A DNA stretch of 33,883 bases, taken from assembly GCA_947311285.1 (NCBI GenBank), contig CAMZKS010000101.1:1-33883 (forward strand). The letters are read 5' to 3'. The stretch is from an uncultured bacterium (lineage in GTDB: Bacteria > Patescibacteriota > Gracilibacteria > UBA4473). Of the stretch, positions 24,213 through 33,538 are shown in pieces (the stretch's first letter is position 1; each line of letters opens with the position of its first letter). The notes below the pieces were generated by a model. It ran no database searches. It was not told where the DNA came from and worked only from the letters and a program-made list of their open reading frames with translations. The translations under genes were made by a program, and so were the position numbers.

Positions 24213-25178
24213 TTGCTATTGCCCTATTTATTATTACACTCGCCAATGATGATTATATTTTCAATATTGGCTTTCTTACTGATTTTTTCGACGCTTATTA
24301 TAGTGCATGAGTTTGGACACTACTACGCAGCGATTAAATCGGGTGTTAAGGTGGAAGAATTTGGTTTAGGGATGGGGAAGAAATTATTTGGTTACAAGCG
24401 AGGGGAAACAGAGTTTACGTTGAACATAATTCCTTTTGGAGGATTTGTGCGAATGCTTGGAGAAGAAGAGGATTCAAAAGACCCTAGAAGCTTCGGACAA
24501 GCGGATTTATGGAAGCGAATGGTTATTACGCTGGCGGGGGTGTTTATGAATTTTGTAATGGCTATAACGTTTTTAACAGTCTTGTTTACCGTTGGAACAG
24601 ATCCGATTTTAGTATCACAAGCGGATGTTGAACGAGCTTATGATAGAGGTGAAATTGCTTTTACCGTTAATGGCGAGCGTATGACGCCCGAGGAGATTAA
24701 GGCCCTAGAGGATCCAGCCGCTCCTGTGATATTTGAATATATTAAAGAAGTTAAGGCACCTTTTCCGCTATCGATTGTGTTGGCGACAACCGAAACGGCT
24801 CGTATCTCATGGGCTGTGCTTGAGAAGGCTGCAGAAATTCCAGTTGAGTTAGTTCGAAATCTACGTGTTCCAGAAGGGTTAGCGGGGCCAATTGGGATCG
24901 CGGAAGTCACGCATAAAATTTTACCACAAGGGTTTATGGCATTGGTTAAACTAACCGCATTACTTTCAATTTCGTTGGCGGTTATGAATTTATTGCCAAT
25001 TCCAGCCTTGGATGGAGGACGTTTTGTTTTTCAAATTGCAGAATTTCTTTTGAAGCCTTTTGGTGTTAAACCAAGCGAGAAATGGGAGAATTACGCGCAC
25101 ATGACAGGATTTGCATTACTAATGGGGTTATTATTGCTTATTACCTGGAACGACATAGAGAGGCTCTTTTTTAGTTAA
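24213..25178 (+). CDS. M50-family site-2 protease (RseP-like)
   Basis: 321 aa, polytopic. HEFGHYYAA is in TM1 and the second M50 motif NLLPIPALDGG is present. The central domain is short for a PDZ domain. TTG 24213 is in the ORF track, but ATG 24246 is a likely alternative start. Confidence 0.88.
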   Translation: MLLPYLLLHSPMMIIFSILAFLLIFSTLIIVHEFGHYYAAIKSGVKVEEFGLGMGKKLFGYKRGETEFTLNIIPFGGFVRMLGEEEDSKDPRSFGQADLWKRMVITLAGVFMNFVMAITFLTVLFTVGTDPILVSQADVERAYDRGEIAFTVNGERMTPEEIKALEDPAAPVIFEYIKEVKAPFPLSIVLATTETARISWAVLEKAAEIPVELVRNLRVPEGLAGPIGIAEVTHKILPQGFMALVKLTALLSISLAVMNLLPIPALDGGRFVFQIAEFLLKPFGVKPSEKWENYAHMTGFALLMGLLLLITWNDIERLFFS

Positions 25179-25215
25179 ATAGATTGATCGCTAGTCGTTG
25201 GTTTGAGATTAGGGC

Positions 25216-25243
25216 TTGACAGTAAAATCAACTTCCATAGTAT
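25216..25243 (+). promoter_or_regulatory. Sigma70-like promoter candidate for rplY
   Basis: GGGCTTGACA with TTGACA at 25216-25221, a 16-nt spacer, and TAGTAT at 25238-25243. Confidence 0.45.
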
Positions 25244-25268
25244 CGCGCGGCTTAAATAAAGAATATTA

Positions 25269-25907
25269 ATGGCTGAAACTTATAGCTTGGCTGCCGAAAA
25301 AAGAGAAATCACTAAAAAATCTGCTCGCGATACTCGCGCTCAGGCAAGAATTCCTGGGGTTATATACGGTCACGGTGTTGAATCTCAGCCTTTCAGTGTA
25401 GATTATTCTGATTTTTTACGTTTGATTCGTCGAGCCGGTCAATCAGCTTTAATTGATTTAGAGTTAGACGGAAAAACAATCAAAGTATTGATTCACAAAT
25501 ATGATCAAGATCCTGTTCAAGATACCTTTACGCACATTGATTTGATGGCGGTTAATTTGAAAGAAAAAACAATGGTACATGTGCCACTGGAATTTGTTGG
25601 TGAATCTGAAGCGGTTAAAACACTTGGTGGTGTACTTAATACATCTCATGATAGTTTGGATATTCGTTGTTTCCCAGGTGAAATCCCTCATGAAATTAAA
25701 GTTGATCTTACGGTTCTAAAAGAAATTGGTGATAGTATTACGATCGCTGATCTTAAGTTGTCAGAGGAATTTGAACTAATGAATCTTGATGCAGATGTTC
25801 AGCTTTGTTCTATTATGGGTAGAGCTGCCGCAGAAGACCTTGATGCTCCAATTGAAGTTCCTGACGCAGATCTAGATCCAGAAAAAGAGGCGGAAACTGA
25901 GGCCTAG
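25269..25907 (+). CDS. rplY: 50S ribosomal protein L25/general stress protein Ctc (long form)
   Basis: 212 aa. R..GKSARDTRAQARIPGVIYGHGVESQPFSVD...HKYDQDPV....HIDL is the L25/Ctc signature, followed by an acidic C-terminal tail. Confidence 0.92.
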   Translation: MAETYSLAAEKREITKKSARDTRAQARIPGVIYGHGVESQPFSVDYSDFLRLIRRAGQSALIDLELDGKTIKVLIHKYDQDPVQDTFTHIDLMAVNLKEKTMVHVPLEFVGESEAVKTLGGVLNTSHDSLDIRCFPGEIPHEIKVDLTVLKEIGDSITIADLKLSEEFELMNLDADVQLCSIMGRAAAEDLDAPIEVPDADLDPEKEAETEA

Positions 25908-25930
25908 TTAGATATTTTATTTACAGACTA

Positions 25931-25957
25931 AAAAGTCGCCATTGGCGGCTTTTTTTA
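25931..25957 (+). terminator. Intrinsic terminator after rplY
   Basis: AAAAGTCGCC-ATT-GGCGGCTTTTTTT. A 7-bp stem (one G-U) followed by a 7-T run. Confidence 0.7.
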
Positions 25958-26114
25958 TAAGCTCTTTGTGATGAAAATTATATTTAACGGTCAGCTGAAA
26001 GACGAGTTTGATCCATCGATCCAAGTCTCCCCGCTTAGTGCCAGTAAGAAAGTGGGGCGATTGGGAGCGTGTGGGGACGGATGTTTATGGCTTGCTTAAA
26101 ACGGTTCGAGTAGG

Positions 26115-26143
26115 TTGAAATCAGGGGGCTTTTTTGTTATAAT
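26115..26143 (+). promoter_or_regulatory. Sigma70-like promoter candidate abutting the GT2 start codon (possible leaderless mRNA)
   Basis: TTGAAA at 26115-26120, a 17-nt spacer, and a perfect TATAAT at 26138-26143. The ATG at 26152 begins only 9 nt after the -10 box. Confidence 0.45.
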
Positions 26144-26151
26144 AGTGCACA

Positions 26152-27039
26152 ATGCTTACTCCCCGCGTTTCTATTATTATACCCTCGTTTAATGAAGGGG
26201 TGTGGTTAGAGCGAACAGTTCGAGGTTGTTTAGAAAAAACAAGCTACCCAGATTTTGAGGTGGTGGTGGTTGGTGATGCTTGCAATGATGGATCAGTGGA
26301 AGCACTAACAGCTCTTAATTTTCCGAATGTGAAAATTTTGAATCTAGAAGAAAGTGTTGGAGCCATTGTTACGCGTAATAAGGGCGCCGCAGTAGCAACG
26401 GGAGAAGTACTGGTGTTTATTGATTCGCATCAGGAACCCATGACACCAAATTGGTTAAAAATTTTAGTCGATCTGCTTGATAAGCCAAACTGCGGTGCGG
26501 CCACTATTAATATTGCCTCAATCGGGGAAGCCGATCGATTAGGTTACTTATACACTTTAAAAAACTGGAACTTAGAGCCGACCTGGGAAAAGCCCGAAGT
26601 CGTACAACCAAATCAACTGGCGCCGGCTATTCCGGGAGGCTGTTTTGCTATTCGTAAATCATTATTTAAAATAACGGGAGGGTTTAATGCGAACTTAAAA
26701 AAGTGGGGACGCGAGGATTTTGAATACAGCTTACGGCTTTGGCGAAAGGGGTATGACTTATGGTTTTCGAGTGAAGCGGTTATGGGACACGCCTTCGACC
26801 ACAAGCGAGCCTTTGAGATTAGCTGGGAACAAGTGGATTTTAATACGCTTTTTACGGCGTACACATTGATGGATGAGGTTTCAATTAATAAAATCATTAA
26901 ATCTATTGAGATCACTCGACCCAAAACACTGGCTCGAGCTAAAGCTGTGATGGACGCTTTTGATGTTAAGGCTTATCAAGATAAGCAATCTTTTACTCGA
27001 AATTTTACAGATTATAAAGCGCGGTTTATAAAAATTTAA
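26152..27039 (+). CDS. Family 2 glycosyltransferase with DxH and WG.E..E motifs (polypeptide GalNAc-transferase-like catalytic core)
   Basis: 295 aa. VSIIIPSFNE is the GT-A N-terminus. FIDSHQEP is a DxH metal site. WGREDFEYSLRLWRKGY resembles the Gal/GalNAc-T motif WGGEN.E.S.R.W. Confidence 0.85.
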   Translation: MLTPRVSIIIPSFNEGVWLERTVRGCLEKTSYPDFEVVVVGDACNDGSVEALTALNFPNVKILNLEESVGAIVTRNKGAAVATGEVLVFIDSHQEPMTPNWLKILVDLLDKPNCGAATINIASIGEADRLGYLYTLKNWNLEPTWEKPEVVQPNQLAPAIPGGCFAIRKSLFKITGGFNANLKKWGREDFEYSLRLWRKGYDLWFSSEAVMGHAFDHKRAFEISWEQVDFNTLFTAYTLMDEVSINKIIKSIEITRPKTLARAKAVMDAFDVKAYQDKQSFTRNFTDYKARFIKI

Positions 27040-27108
27040 GAAATTGTATATTTGTTGAGTTAAAATTAAATTTGGTGTTTTTTTGAGGGGAGGTAAACTT
27101 TCATTAAT

Positions 27109-28233
27109 ATGGATTACAATCAAAAATCGATACAGGCGAGAGAAGGGCACGGAGGAGGCTTGTTTACCGGCTTAAAAGCTTTACCAGAAAATAAAGAAGC
27201 GCTTTCGGTTTACTACAGCCCGGGCATTGCTGGGCCGTGTTTAGAGATTGCCAAGCACCCAAAACGGGCGTTTGATCTAACAATTAAAAAAAATACCGTA
27301 GCGGTTATTTCTGACGGGAGCGCTGTTTTAGGTTTAGGCAATATTGGAGCAGAGGCGGCGTTGCCGGTGATGGAAGGTAAGTGTATGTTATTAAAGCATT
27401 TCGGTGATGTCGATGGCATTCCAATTGTTTTAGATACCCAAGATACAGATGAAATTGTAGAAACTATCTTGCGCATAGCTCCAACTTTTGGCGGTATTAA
27501 TCTGGAAGATATTTCGGCCCCTCGTTGTTTTGAAATTGAAGCACGTTTGAATGAGAAATTAGATATTCCGGTGTTTCATGATGATCAGCATGGGACGGCT
27601 ATTTGTGCTTTGGCTGCACTTATTAACGCCTTGAAGGTGGTAGAAAAATCAAAAGAAACAATTAAAGTAGTTATTTCTGGCGCTGGTGCCGGAGGGTTGG
27701 CTATTGCCAAATTAGTACAGCAGTGGGGGATAAAAAATATTGTTATGACGGATTCTAAGGGTGTGGTACATTGTGATCGTGATAATTTAACACCCGCAAA
27801 AGAAGCTTTTTGCACGATTGAAAACAGTCAAAGTTTAGGCGAGGCATTGGTGGGCGCAGATGTCTTTATTGGGGTGTCAAAAGGGAACGTACTAACCCCC
27901 TCTATGGTGAAGACTATGGGGGTTGATCCGATTGTGTTCGCCTTGGCGAATCCTGATCCAGAAATGCACCCGTCACTTGCAGTAGAGGCCGGAGTGGCTG
28001 TAATGGCGACGGGTCGTTCTGATTACCCAAACCAAATTAACAATGTGTTAGTGTTTCCTGGATTGTTTCGAGGACTATTAGACCATAGGGTTAAAAAGGT
28101 TACCGACAGCATTAAGCTGAGTGCAGCTCAAACTTTGGCAGACTTAGTTGAAAACCCAACGAAGGATTATGTTATCCCCGACCCATTTGATCCCAAGGTT
28201 GCACCGGCTATGGCGGCGGCTGTATTGTCCTAG
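27109..28233 (+). CDS. NAD(P)-dependent malic enzyme (short, MaeB N-terminal type)
   Basis: 374 aa. YSPGIAGPCLEI, VISDGSAVLGLGNIG, PVMEGKCMLLK, FGGINLEDI, FHDDQHGTA and GAGAGG are canonical malic enzyme motifs. Confidence 0.93.
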   Translation: MDYNQKSIQAREGHGGGLFTGLKALPENKEALSVYYSPGIAGPCLEIAKHPKRAFDLTIKKNTVAVISDGSAVLGLGNIGAEAALPVMEGKCMLLKHFGDVDGIPIVLDTQDTDEIVETILRIAPTFGGINLEDISAPRCFEIEARLNEKLDIPVFHDDQHGTAICALAALINALKVVEKSKETIKVVISGAGAGGLAIAKLVQQWGIKNIVMTDSKGVVHCDRDNLTPAKEAFCTIENSQSLGEALVGADVFIGVSKGNVLTPSMVKTMGVDPIVFALANPDPEMHPSLAVEAGVAVMATGRSDYPNQINNVLVFPGLFRGLLDHRVKKVTDSIKLSAAQTLADLVENPTKDYVIPDPFDPKVAPAMAAAVLS

Positions 28234-28278
28234 TTCTCAATAAATAATTTATAAGGTCATGGTTTAATGGCTTGATAA

Positions 28279-28306
28279 TTGATCTTTTGTATTCGTACCC
28301 TAAAAT
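28279..28306 (+). promoter_or_regulatory. Promoter candidate for the S41 protease operon
   Basis: TTGATC at 28279-28284, a 16-nt spacer, and TAAAAT at 28301-28306. A second perfect TATAAT at 28312-28317 lies only 8 nt before ATG 28326, so the real start site is ambiguous. Confidence 0.3.
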
Positions 28307-28325
28307 CATTTTATAATAAATACAT

Positions 28326-29732
28326 ATGTCTCACTACCAAAGAAACGTTCGCTTTATTTTATTCCTAGTTCTTCCCATTTTAGGGTTTCTACTCGGCTGG
28401 AGTTTAAGTCAAAAAAATAATGATAGTTTGGGGCAAGAGTTCTCTCGCCTAGAAGAGAGCCAAGAAACAATCACTAATTTAGGTTTAAATGCGGAGACTA
28501 GTCGGCCAGCGATTTTTCGAAAAACAGATCCTAAAGCGGTTGATCTCTCTACTTTTTGGGAAGTTTGGCATTTAGCCGAAGCTAATTTTTTAAGAACAGA
28601 GAAATTTGATACGCAATCCCAAGTAAACGGGGCGATAAAAGGGCTCGTAGAATCCTTGGATGATCCTTATACCGTTTACATGACGCCGAAAGAAGCGGCT
28701 GATTTTGAAGAGTCAATGTCTGGTGAATTTGAAGGTGTAGGGGCAGAAATCGATCGTCGAAATGATCAAATCATAATTGTTAGCCCATTAAAAAACAGCC
28801 CTGCGGAGTCGGCAGGACTCAAGTCCGGAGATATTATTTTTCAAATCGATGAAGAACCAACCTTTGGTATCACGCTTGAAGAAGCGGTGACTAGGATTCG
28901 TGGACCAAAAGGAGAGCCGGTCATTTTAACGGTTATCCGTGAGAATGAACGAAAACCAATTGATATTACGATCGTTCGTGACAATATTGTGTTACCAACT
29001 ATAGAGTGGAAAATCAACGAAGATGATATTGCTATCATATCTCTTTATCAATTTGGGAATAATGCCGCTCGTGATTTCAGAATCGCAGTAGAAGAGATTG
29101 TACTAAAATCACCAAAAGGGATTGTGGTTGATCTTCGAAACAATGGTGGTGGTTTGCTTGATGCCTGTATTAAAATTCTTTCAGAATTCATGAAAGATGA
29201 AGTGGTAGTACGAACGGAAGGTCGGCGTTTTGGTGATACTGGAGATTTGAAAACGGGGCGTGATGGAAGCCTTCTAGAGTTACCATTAGTGGTACTAGTG
29301 AACGAAGGCTCTGCGAGTGCATCAGAGATATTTGCCGGTGCGGTTCAAGATTTAGATCGAGGATTGGTGGTTGGTCGCAAAACTTTTGGTAAAGGGTCGG
29401 TACAAAATGTGATCCCGCTTTCAAATGGAGCAAATTTGAAAATTACGGTGTCAGAATGGTTGACGCCGAAAGGTCGCTCAATTCAAAAGCATGGGATTGA
29501 TCCACACGTAGTTGTTGAATTGGATGAAGGCGCACCAGAAGGTGTAGACCAAGTACTGGAACGTGCGCTCAGTTTGATTGGTACCTCTGAAATGTATGAA
29601 ATTATTGCGGACGGAGTGCCAATGCCTGATAGTGGGAAAAAGGACGCCAAAGTTTCAGGAGTGGGTGATAGCTCAAGTGAGACAGATAAGGCCTTAGACG
29701 CGTCAGAAATCAAAGAAAATGAAACTCCGTAA
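28326..29732 (+). CDS. S41-family carboxyl-terminal processing protease (Ctp/Prc-like), membrane anchored
   Basis: 468 aa with an N-terminal TM helix and a PDZ-like segment (SPAESAGLKSGDIIFQID). S41 motifs are DLRNNGGG, the catalytic Ser in GSASASEIFAGA, and the Lys in TFGKGSVQ. Confidence 0.9.
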   Translation: MSHYQRNVRFILFLVLPILGFLLGWSLSQKNNDSLGQEFSRLEESQETITNLGLNAETSRPAIFRKTDPKAVDLSTFWEVWHLAEANFLRTEKFDTQSQVNGAIKGLVESLDDPYTVYMTPKEAADFEESMSGEFEGVGAEIDRRNDQIIIVSPLKNSPAESAGLKSGDIIFQIDEEPTFGITLEEAVTRIRGPKGEPVILTVIRENERKPIDITIVRDNIVLPTIEWKINEDDIAIISLYQFGNNAARDFRIAVEEIVLKSPKGIVVDLRNNGGGLLDACIKILSEFMKDEVVVRTEGRRFGDTGDLKTGRDGSLLELPLVVLVNEGSASASEIFAGAVQDLDRGLVVGRKTFGKGSVQNVIPLSNGANLKITVSEWLTPKGRSIQKHGIDPHVVVELDEGAPEGVDQVLERALSLIGTSEMYEIIADGVPMPDSGKKDAKVSGVGDSSSETDKALDASEIKENETP

Positions 29733-31038
29733 ACCTATAACGCTTGTCCTCACCTTAATTGCCAATTTAATGGTGGTAGAATTCGTGTGGGCAAGCGAGG
29801 ATTTACCAAAAAAAATCACACTAATTTTTGAAGATCGCTTACTTGCGTTGGACTTTAGGGCTCACCCAGAATTACTTCAGCAAACGCCACAGCATTTTTT
29901 AGTAGTGGGGAGTACTCGGTTACCAGTTTCATTTGGAGAGAACTTCCCCTTAAATAAGGGAATCGTTAAAATTGAAACCGAGTTTACGACAACAATTGAT
30001 CCAGAAAATTTAACAACCTTTTTTAAAACTACTTCATTAGTGAGTCAGCAAGAGGCACAGCCGGTTAAATTAACCCTAAGTGGCAACATAGTTCACTTTT
30101 CTGGGCGGCCAACAACAGGCTATTATGACATAGATAAACTTAAATTAACATCCCTACTTAACACTGCGTTAGTAAACGGAGATACGTTTGTACGTGTACC
30201 GGCGGAGAAAATATTTGCGCCCGTGGACCCCTCTGACGAGTTAGTGGAGCGAGGGATAGAGTCCGTCATCGCTATTGGGAGGTCTAATTTTACAGGATCC
30301 TCAGATGCTAGAGTGCAAAATATATTAGCTTCTATACGTAAATTTAATGGTTTGATTGTACCAAAGGGGAAAACTTTTTCCTTTAATTCAACGCTGAAAA
30401 ATGTACTTGAATCAGATGGCTTTGTGCCAGAGTTAGTTATTAAAGGAAATGAAACAAAGAAGGAGCTTGGTGGCGGTGTGTGCCAGGTATCAACCACTGT
30501 TTTTCGCGCGGCCTTTACGGCAGGATTGCCAATGCTTGATCGTCGAAACCACTCTTACGCGGTACCTTACTATAAGCCTTATGGCTTAGACGCTACGATC
30601 TACTTAGGAGGACAAGATTTTCGTTTTGCTAATGACACTCCGGGAGATATTACCATGCAAGCCTTTATTAGTGGCGAGAATCTCTATTTTGTATTCTATG
30701 GTCAAGATGATGGTCGGAAAGTGGCGATTGAAGGACCTTTTATTTCTAACTATAGCAAAGCACCAGAGCCGAAAATTATAGAAACGGAGGAACTCCCCCC
30801 TGGGCAAATGGTTGAAATGTCACCGGCTCATAGTGGGTTTGCCTCTAAATGGATTCGTCGAGTTTGGAAACCAGGAGAAGTATTTCAAGAAGAAGTCTTG
30901 AAGTCTTATTATCGTCCTTGGGCGGCGACTATCTGGAAAGGGGTTAAAGCCGAAGAGGTGGCTCAACGAATTTCAAGTGAAGCGCCTCGCGCAATTGGAA
31001 TAGAGGTTGAAGAAGCTGCCGCAGGGCTAGAGTCTTAA
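29719..31038 (+). CDS. VanW-domain protein, membrane anchored
   Basis: 439 aa with an N-terminal TM helix. The VanW core is FSFNSTL....GF.PELVIKGNETKKELGGGVCQVSTTVFRAAFTAGLPMLDRRNHSY. Its start overlaps the protease gene by 14 nt. Confidence 0.85.
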   Translation: MKLRKPITLVLTLIANLMVVEFVWASEDLPKKITLIFEDRLLALDFRAHPELLQQTPQHFLVVGSTRLPVSFGENFPLNKGIVKIETEFTTTIDPENLTTFFKTTSLVSQQEAQPVKLTLSGNIVHFSGRPTTGYYDIDKLKLTSLLNTALVNGDTFVRVPAEKIFAPVDPSDELVERGIESVIAIGRSNFTGSSDARVQNILASIRKFNGLIVPKGKTFSFNSTLKNVLESDGFVPELVIKGNETKKELGGGVCQVSTTVFRAAFTAGLPMLDRRNHSYAVPYYKPYGLDATIYLGGQDFRFANDTPGDITMQAFISGENLYFVFYGQDDGRKVAIEGPFISNYSKAPEPKIIETEELPPGQMVEMSPAHSGFASKWIRRVWKPGEVFQEEVLKSYYRPWAATIWKGVKAEEVAQRISSEAPRAIGIEVEEAAAGLES

Positions 31039-31129
31039 GTGCATCGTAATTAATAGCAGTACAAAGTGCTGAGTTTGTCGAGGGCGCTTGTTTTACTTTT
31101 AGTCTTAATTACTTGAGAATTGTATCCGT

Positions 31130-33538
31130 ATGAAAGCCTTCAGGCAGTTATTGTGGTTAGGGTTAGTGGTGCTTTTTGTGCCGCTTTTTCAAAGTAAGGC
31201 TCAAGTAATTGAAACCAACAACTTAACGATAGTTCCAACAAGAGCCGTAGAGCCGCTACAAGTGTTGGTGAAATCGAATGGGGATTCAGGACTTTTTACG
31301 GGAGAAGTTTTGTCACGTAGACCGTTGATAGCTAATAAGTTGGAGTTTACTTTGCTGAATAAGAATCAAGGTATTGTGTGGCAGGATAGTTTAGATTTGT
31401 CAGGTTTAGGGCAGCGCATTATGCCTTTCTACTTTGAGAAGATTGAAGCCTATCAAACTTTGTTTTTAAGTGTTCAGGCTTATGACCAATTTGGGAATAC
31501 GGCTGGAAGCGGGCATAAATACATTAATTTCCCAAAGAAGGTTCCGAGCATATCGATTAATTCGAGTGAAGCTTTTTTGAATGATAAGTCAGAATTGAGT
31601 ATGGATTTGTTGGTGGAGAATGGGAGAGTGCGTCAAAGTTATATACCGCAGGTAAAAATTTATAACGGGTTGAAGCACTTTGGTGATTTAATTAAAACGG
31701 TTGATCAGCCTATAGTAACTTTAGATCCTAAACAACGGCAGCAACTAAGCTTTGTTCTGCCGTTTAATCAATCTCCTGGTGTGTATGAAATCGTTGTGAA
31801 TTTACTTGAGGCGACTTCTAGAAAACCAATATCGGCGTCCTATGCTCAAACTATTTATCGCTCTGGAGATTATTTTAAAATAGTAGATCTGCAAAGCTAT
31901 TATACCGCAGATAATAAATCTAAGGCTCGCTTAGAGCTTACAGGGCTCTCAACAGTGGTGCTCACAGAACCTGTACAAATGAGAGTTCGCCTACAAAACA
32001 AACAAAATATTTATCTTGATAAAATTTATCGCTTATCGCTACAGCCTGGTTATTTTACAAAGTTTGTAGATCTAGATTTACCAGACTATGTAACTGAATT
32101 ACGCGGGAGTGCTGTTTTTTCTTTACGGGGGAAAGAAATTCAAACCGTTGATTTTCACTCTAAACCAATGGAGAGTGTCGTGACGAAAACTCTAACAGTA
32201 GAAGTTTCACCAGAGATAGATCTATCTGATATTCCTTCACTTGTACCAATAAACAAGAAATTCACACTTACTGATAAACAAATTTTTGTAGTGGTTATTG
32301 CTTGTACCACGCTGTTACTTCTAATAATTATATTTGCGTGGGCTCGTTCACGTTGGTTGGCTTGGCTAATTATTTCAATTGGTGGTGCGAGTTCAACACT
32401 AACGACGGTATATGCTTTAACGGTCGGTCGTGATGTGTTTCCGATGGTGCAGTGGTCTAACCCTATTCCGACAGAGAGTATGGTGTTTAATCCGAGAGAT
32501 GAGGATGGTTTTCAATGGATTCCAGTGAAAGGGAGAATCTTCAATTTCTTAACGCAATCAGCATTACTAAAAAAAGATGATTTTAATGAGCTCCGCTTTA
32601 ACCTTGAATCTCCGAGTGGTAGTAGTTATCAATATAAAATAAGTGAATCGCTGTTGAAACCAAACACAGATATATATACAAACTCGCAATCGGGGGATTA
32701 TTATTTTGTGCTTGATTTAGGTGCCCTTGAATCAACTAATCCTGTGGGGTCGGATAAACCAATGGTGTGGGAAGACGGGCAATGGCAACTACAATTAATT
32801 TTTCCGTACCAAAAAAAGAACGAAGAGCCGATCTATTTAGCGACACCGCTTGATGAATTTGGTTTTTTTACGATTGATCAGACCCCACCCTTGTGGCAGT
32901 GGCAATTGAAAAAAACAGACGGCGATATTTTAGCTGAAGCGGACTTTACCAACCAGCCGATTACGGTTTCTATTTCTTGCCAAGACAAAGAGAGTGAATG
33001 TGTAAATCCTTTACAGGAATTTAACGTTGTGGGGAATTTCTGTAGTGATGGGTTAGTGTGTAATACTGAGGCTACAAGAAAGTTTAAAGTATGTGATACA
33101 GCTGGAAATTGCACGACTTTGGATTTAGAGGTTAATGGTTATGATCCGGTACCACCGAAAATTGAAAGCCTGATTTTTGGAAATTCAGAGGCGACAACCG
33201 CAACGGAAGAAACGAAATTGAGTCTTCGTTATTCCGACCCGAGTAAAGTGAAATCAGGAACGCTTAAAACTCCGTTTGATAGTCAACTTTGTGGAGAAAA
33301 AAATCCTTTTTTCCAACTAGATAATCAATCATTTTCTTGTGTAGAACGGCAAAAAACTTGCGTCTTAGTTTCAAAACAAAGTGTTTGGCGTGGCAATTCG
33401 GTAAATGAAAAATGTATTCCATCTTGTCCAGAGGGATATCGTTTTGAACACGGAGGTTGCCAAATAATTTGTGGAGAAAGTGCGTTTAATTCAGGCCGCT
33501 TGTGTTTACCTTTTAATTTGAAAATCGATGAAAAATAA
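31130..33538 (+). CDS. Large hypothetical envelope protein: signal peptide, beta-rich ectodomain, two central TM helices, Ig/HYR-like and cysteine-rich C-terminal region
   Basis: 802 aa with signal peptide LLWLGLVVLFVPLFQSKAQ. Hydrophobic helices are at aa ~385-405 and ~409-431. Fourteen of its 15 Cys residues fall in the last 186 aa. It has TIDQTPP and VCDTAGN motifs typical of bacterial Ig/HYR-like modules. No catalytic motif was recognised. Confidence 0.7.
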   Translation: MKAFRQLLWLGLVVLFVPLFQSKAQVIETNNLTIVPTRAVEPLQVLVKSNGDSGLFTGEVLSRRPLIANKLEFTLLNKNQGIVWQDSLDLSGLGQRIMPFYFEKIEAYQTLFLSVQAYDQFGNTAGSGHKYINFPKKVPSISINSSEAFLNDKSELSMDLLVENGRVRQSYIPQVKIYNGLKHFGDLIKTVDQPIVTLDPKQRQQLSFVLPFNQSPGVYEIVVNLLEATSRKPISASYAQTIYRSGDYFKIVDLQSYYTADNKSKARLELTGLSTVVLTEPVQMRVRLQNKQNIYLDKIYRLSLQPGYFTKFVDLDLPDYVTELRGSAVFSLRGKEIQTVDFHSKPMESVVTKTLTVEVSPEIDLSDIPSLVPINKKFTLTDKQIFVVVIACTTLLLLIIIFAWARSRWLAWLIISIGGASSTLTTVYALTVGRDVFPMVQWSNPIPTESMVFNPRDEDGFQWIPVKGRIFNFLTQSALLKKDDFNELRFNLESPSGSSYQYKISESLLKPNTDIYTNSQSGDYYFVLDLGALESTNPVGSDKPMVWEDGQWQLQLIFPYQKKNEEPIYLATPLDEFGFFTIDQTPPLWQWQLKKTDGDILAEADFTNQPITVSISCQDKESECVNPLQEFNVVGNFCSDGLVCNTEATRKFKVCDTAGNCTTLDLEVNGYDPVPPKIESLIFGNSEATTATEETKLSLRYSDPSKVKSGTLKTPFDSQLCGEKNPFFQLDNQSFSCVERQKTCVLVSKQSVWRGNSVNEKCIPSCPEGYRFEHGGCQIICGESAFNSGRLCLPFNLKIDEK

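Noticed and set aside
26100-26135. tRNA-like GGTTCGAG T-loop motif and a GGGGGCTTTTTT terminator-like tail
   Set aside because: No complementary T-stem, acceptor stem or D-arm can be drawn around the motif. The G-run has no upstream complementary C-run. The stretch fits better as the spacer of a TTGAAA-17-TATAAT promoter.
27089-27093. GGAGG upstream of the malic enzyme gene as a Shine-Dalgarno site
   Set aside because: It lies 15 nt before the ATG, outside the functional 5-10 nt window. It is the only such motif among about 40 starts.
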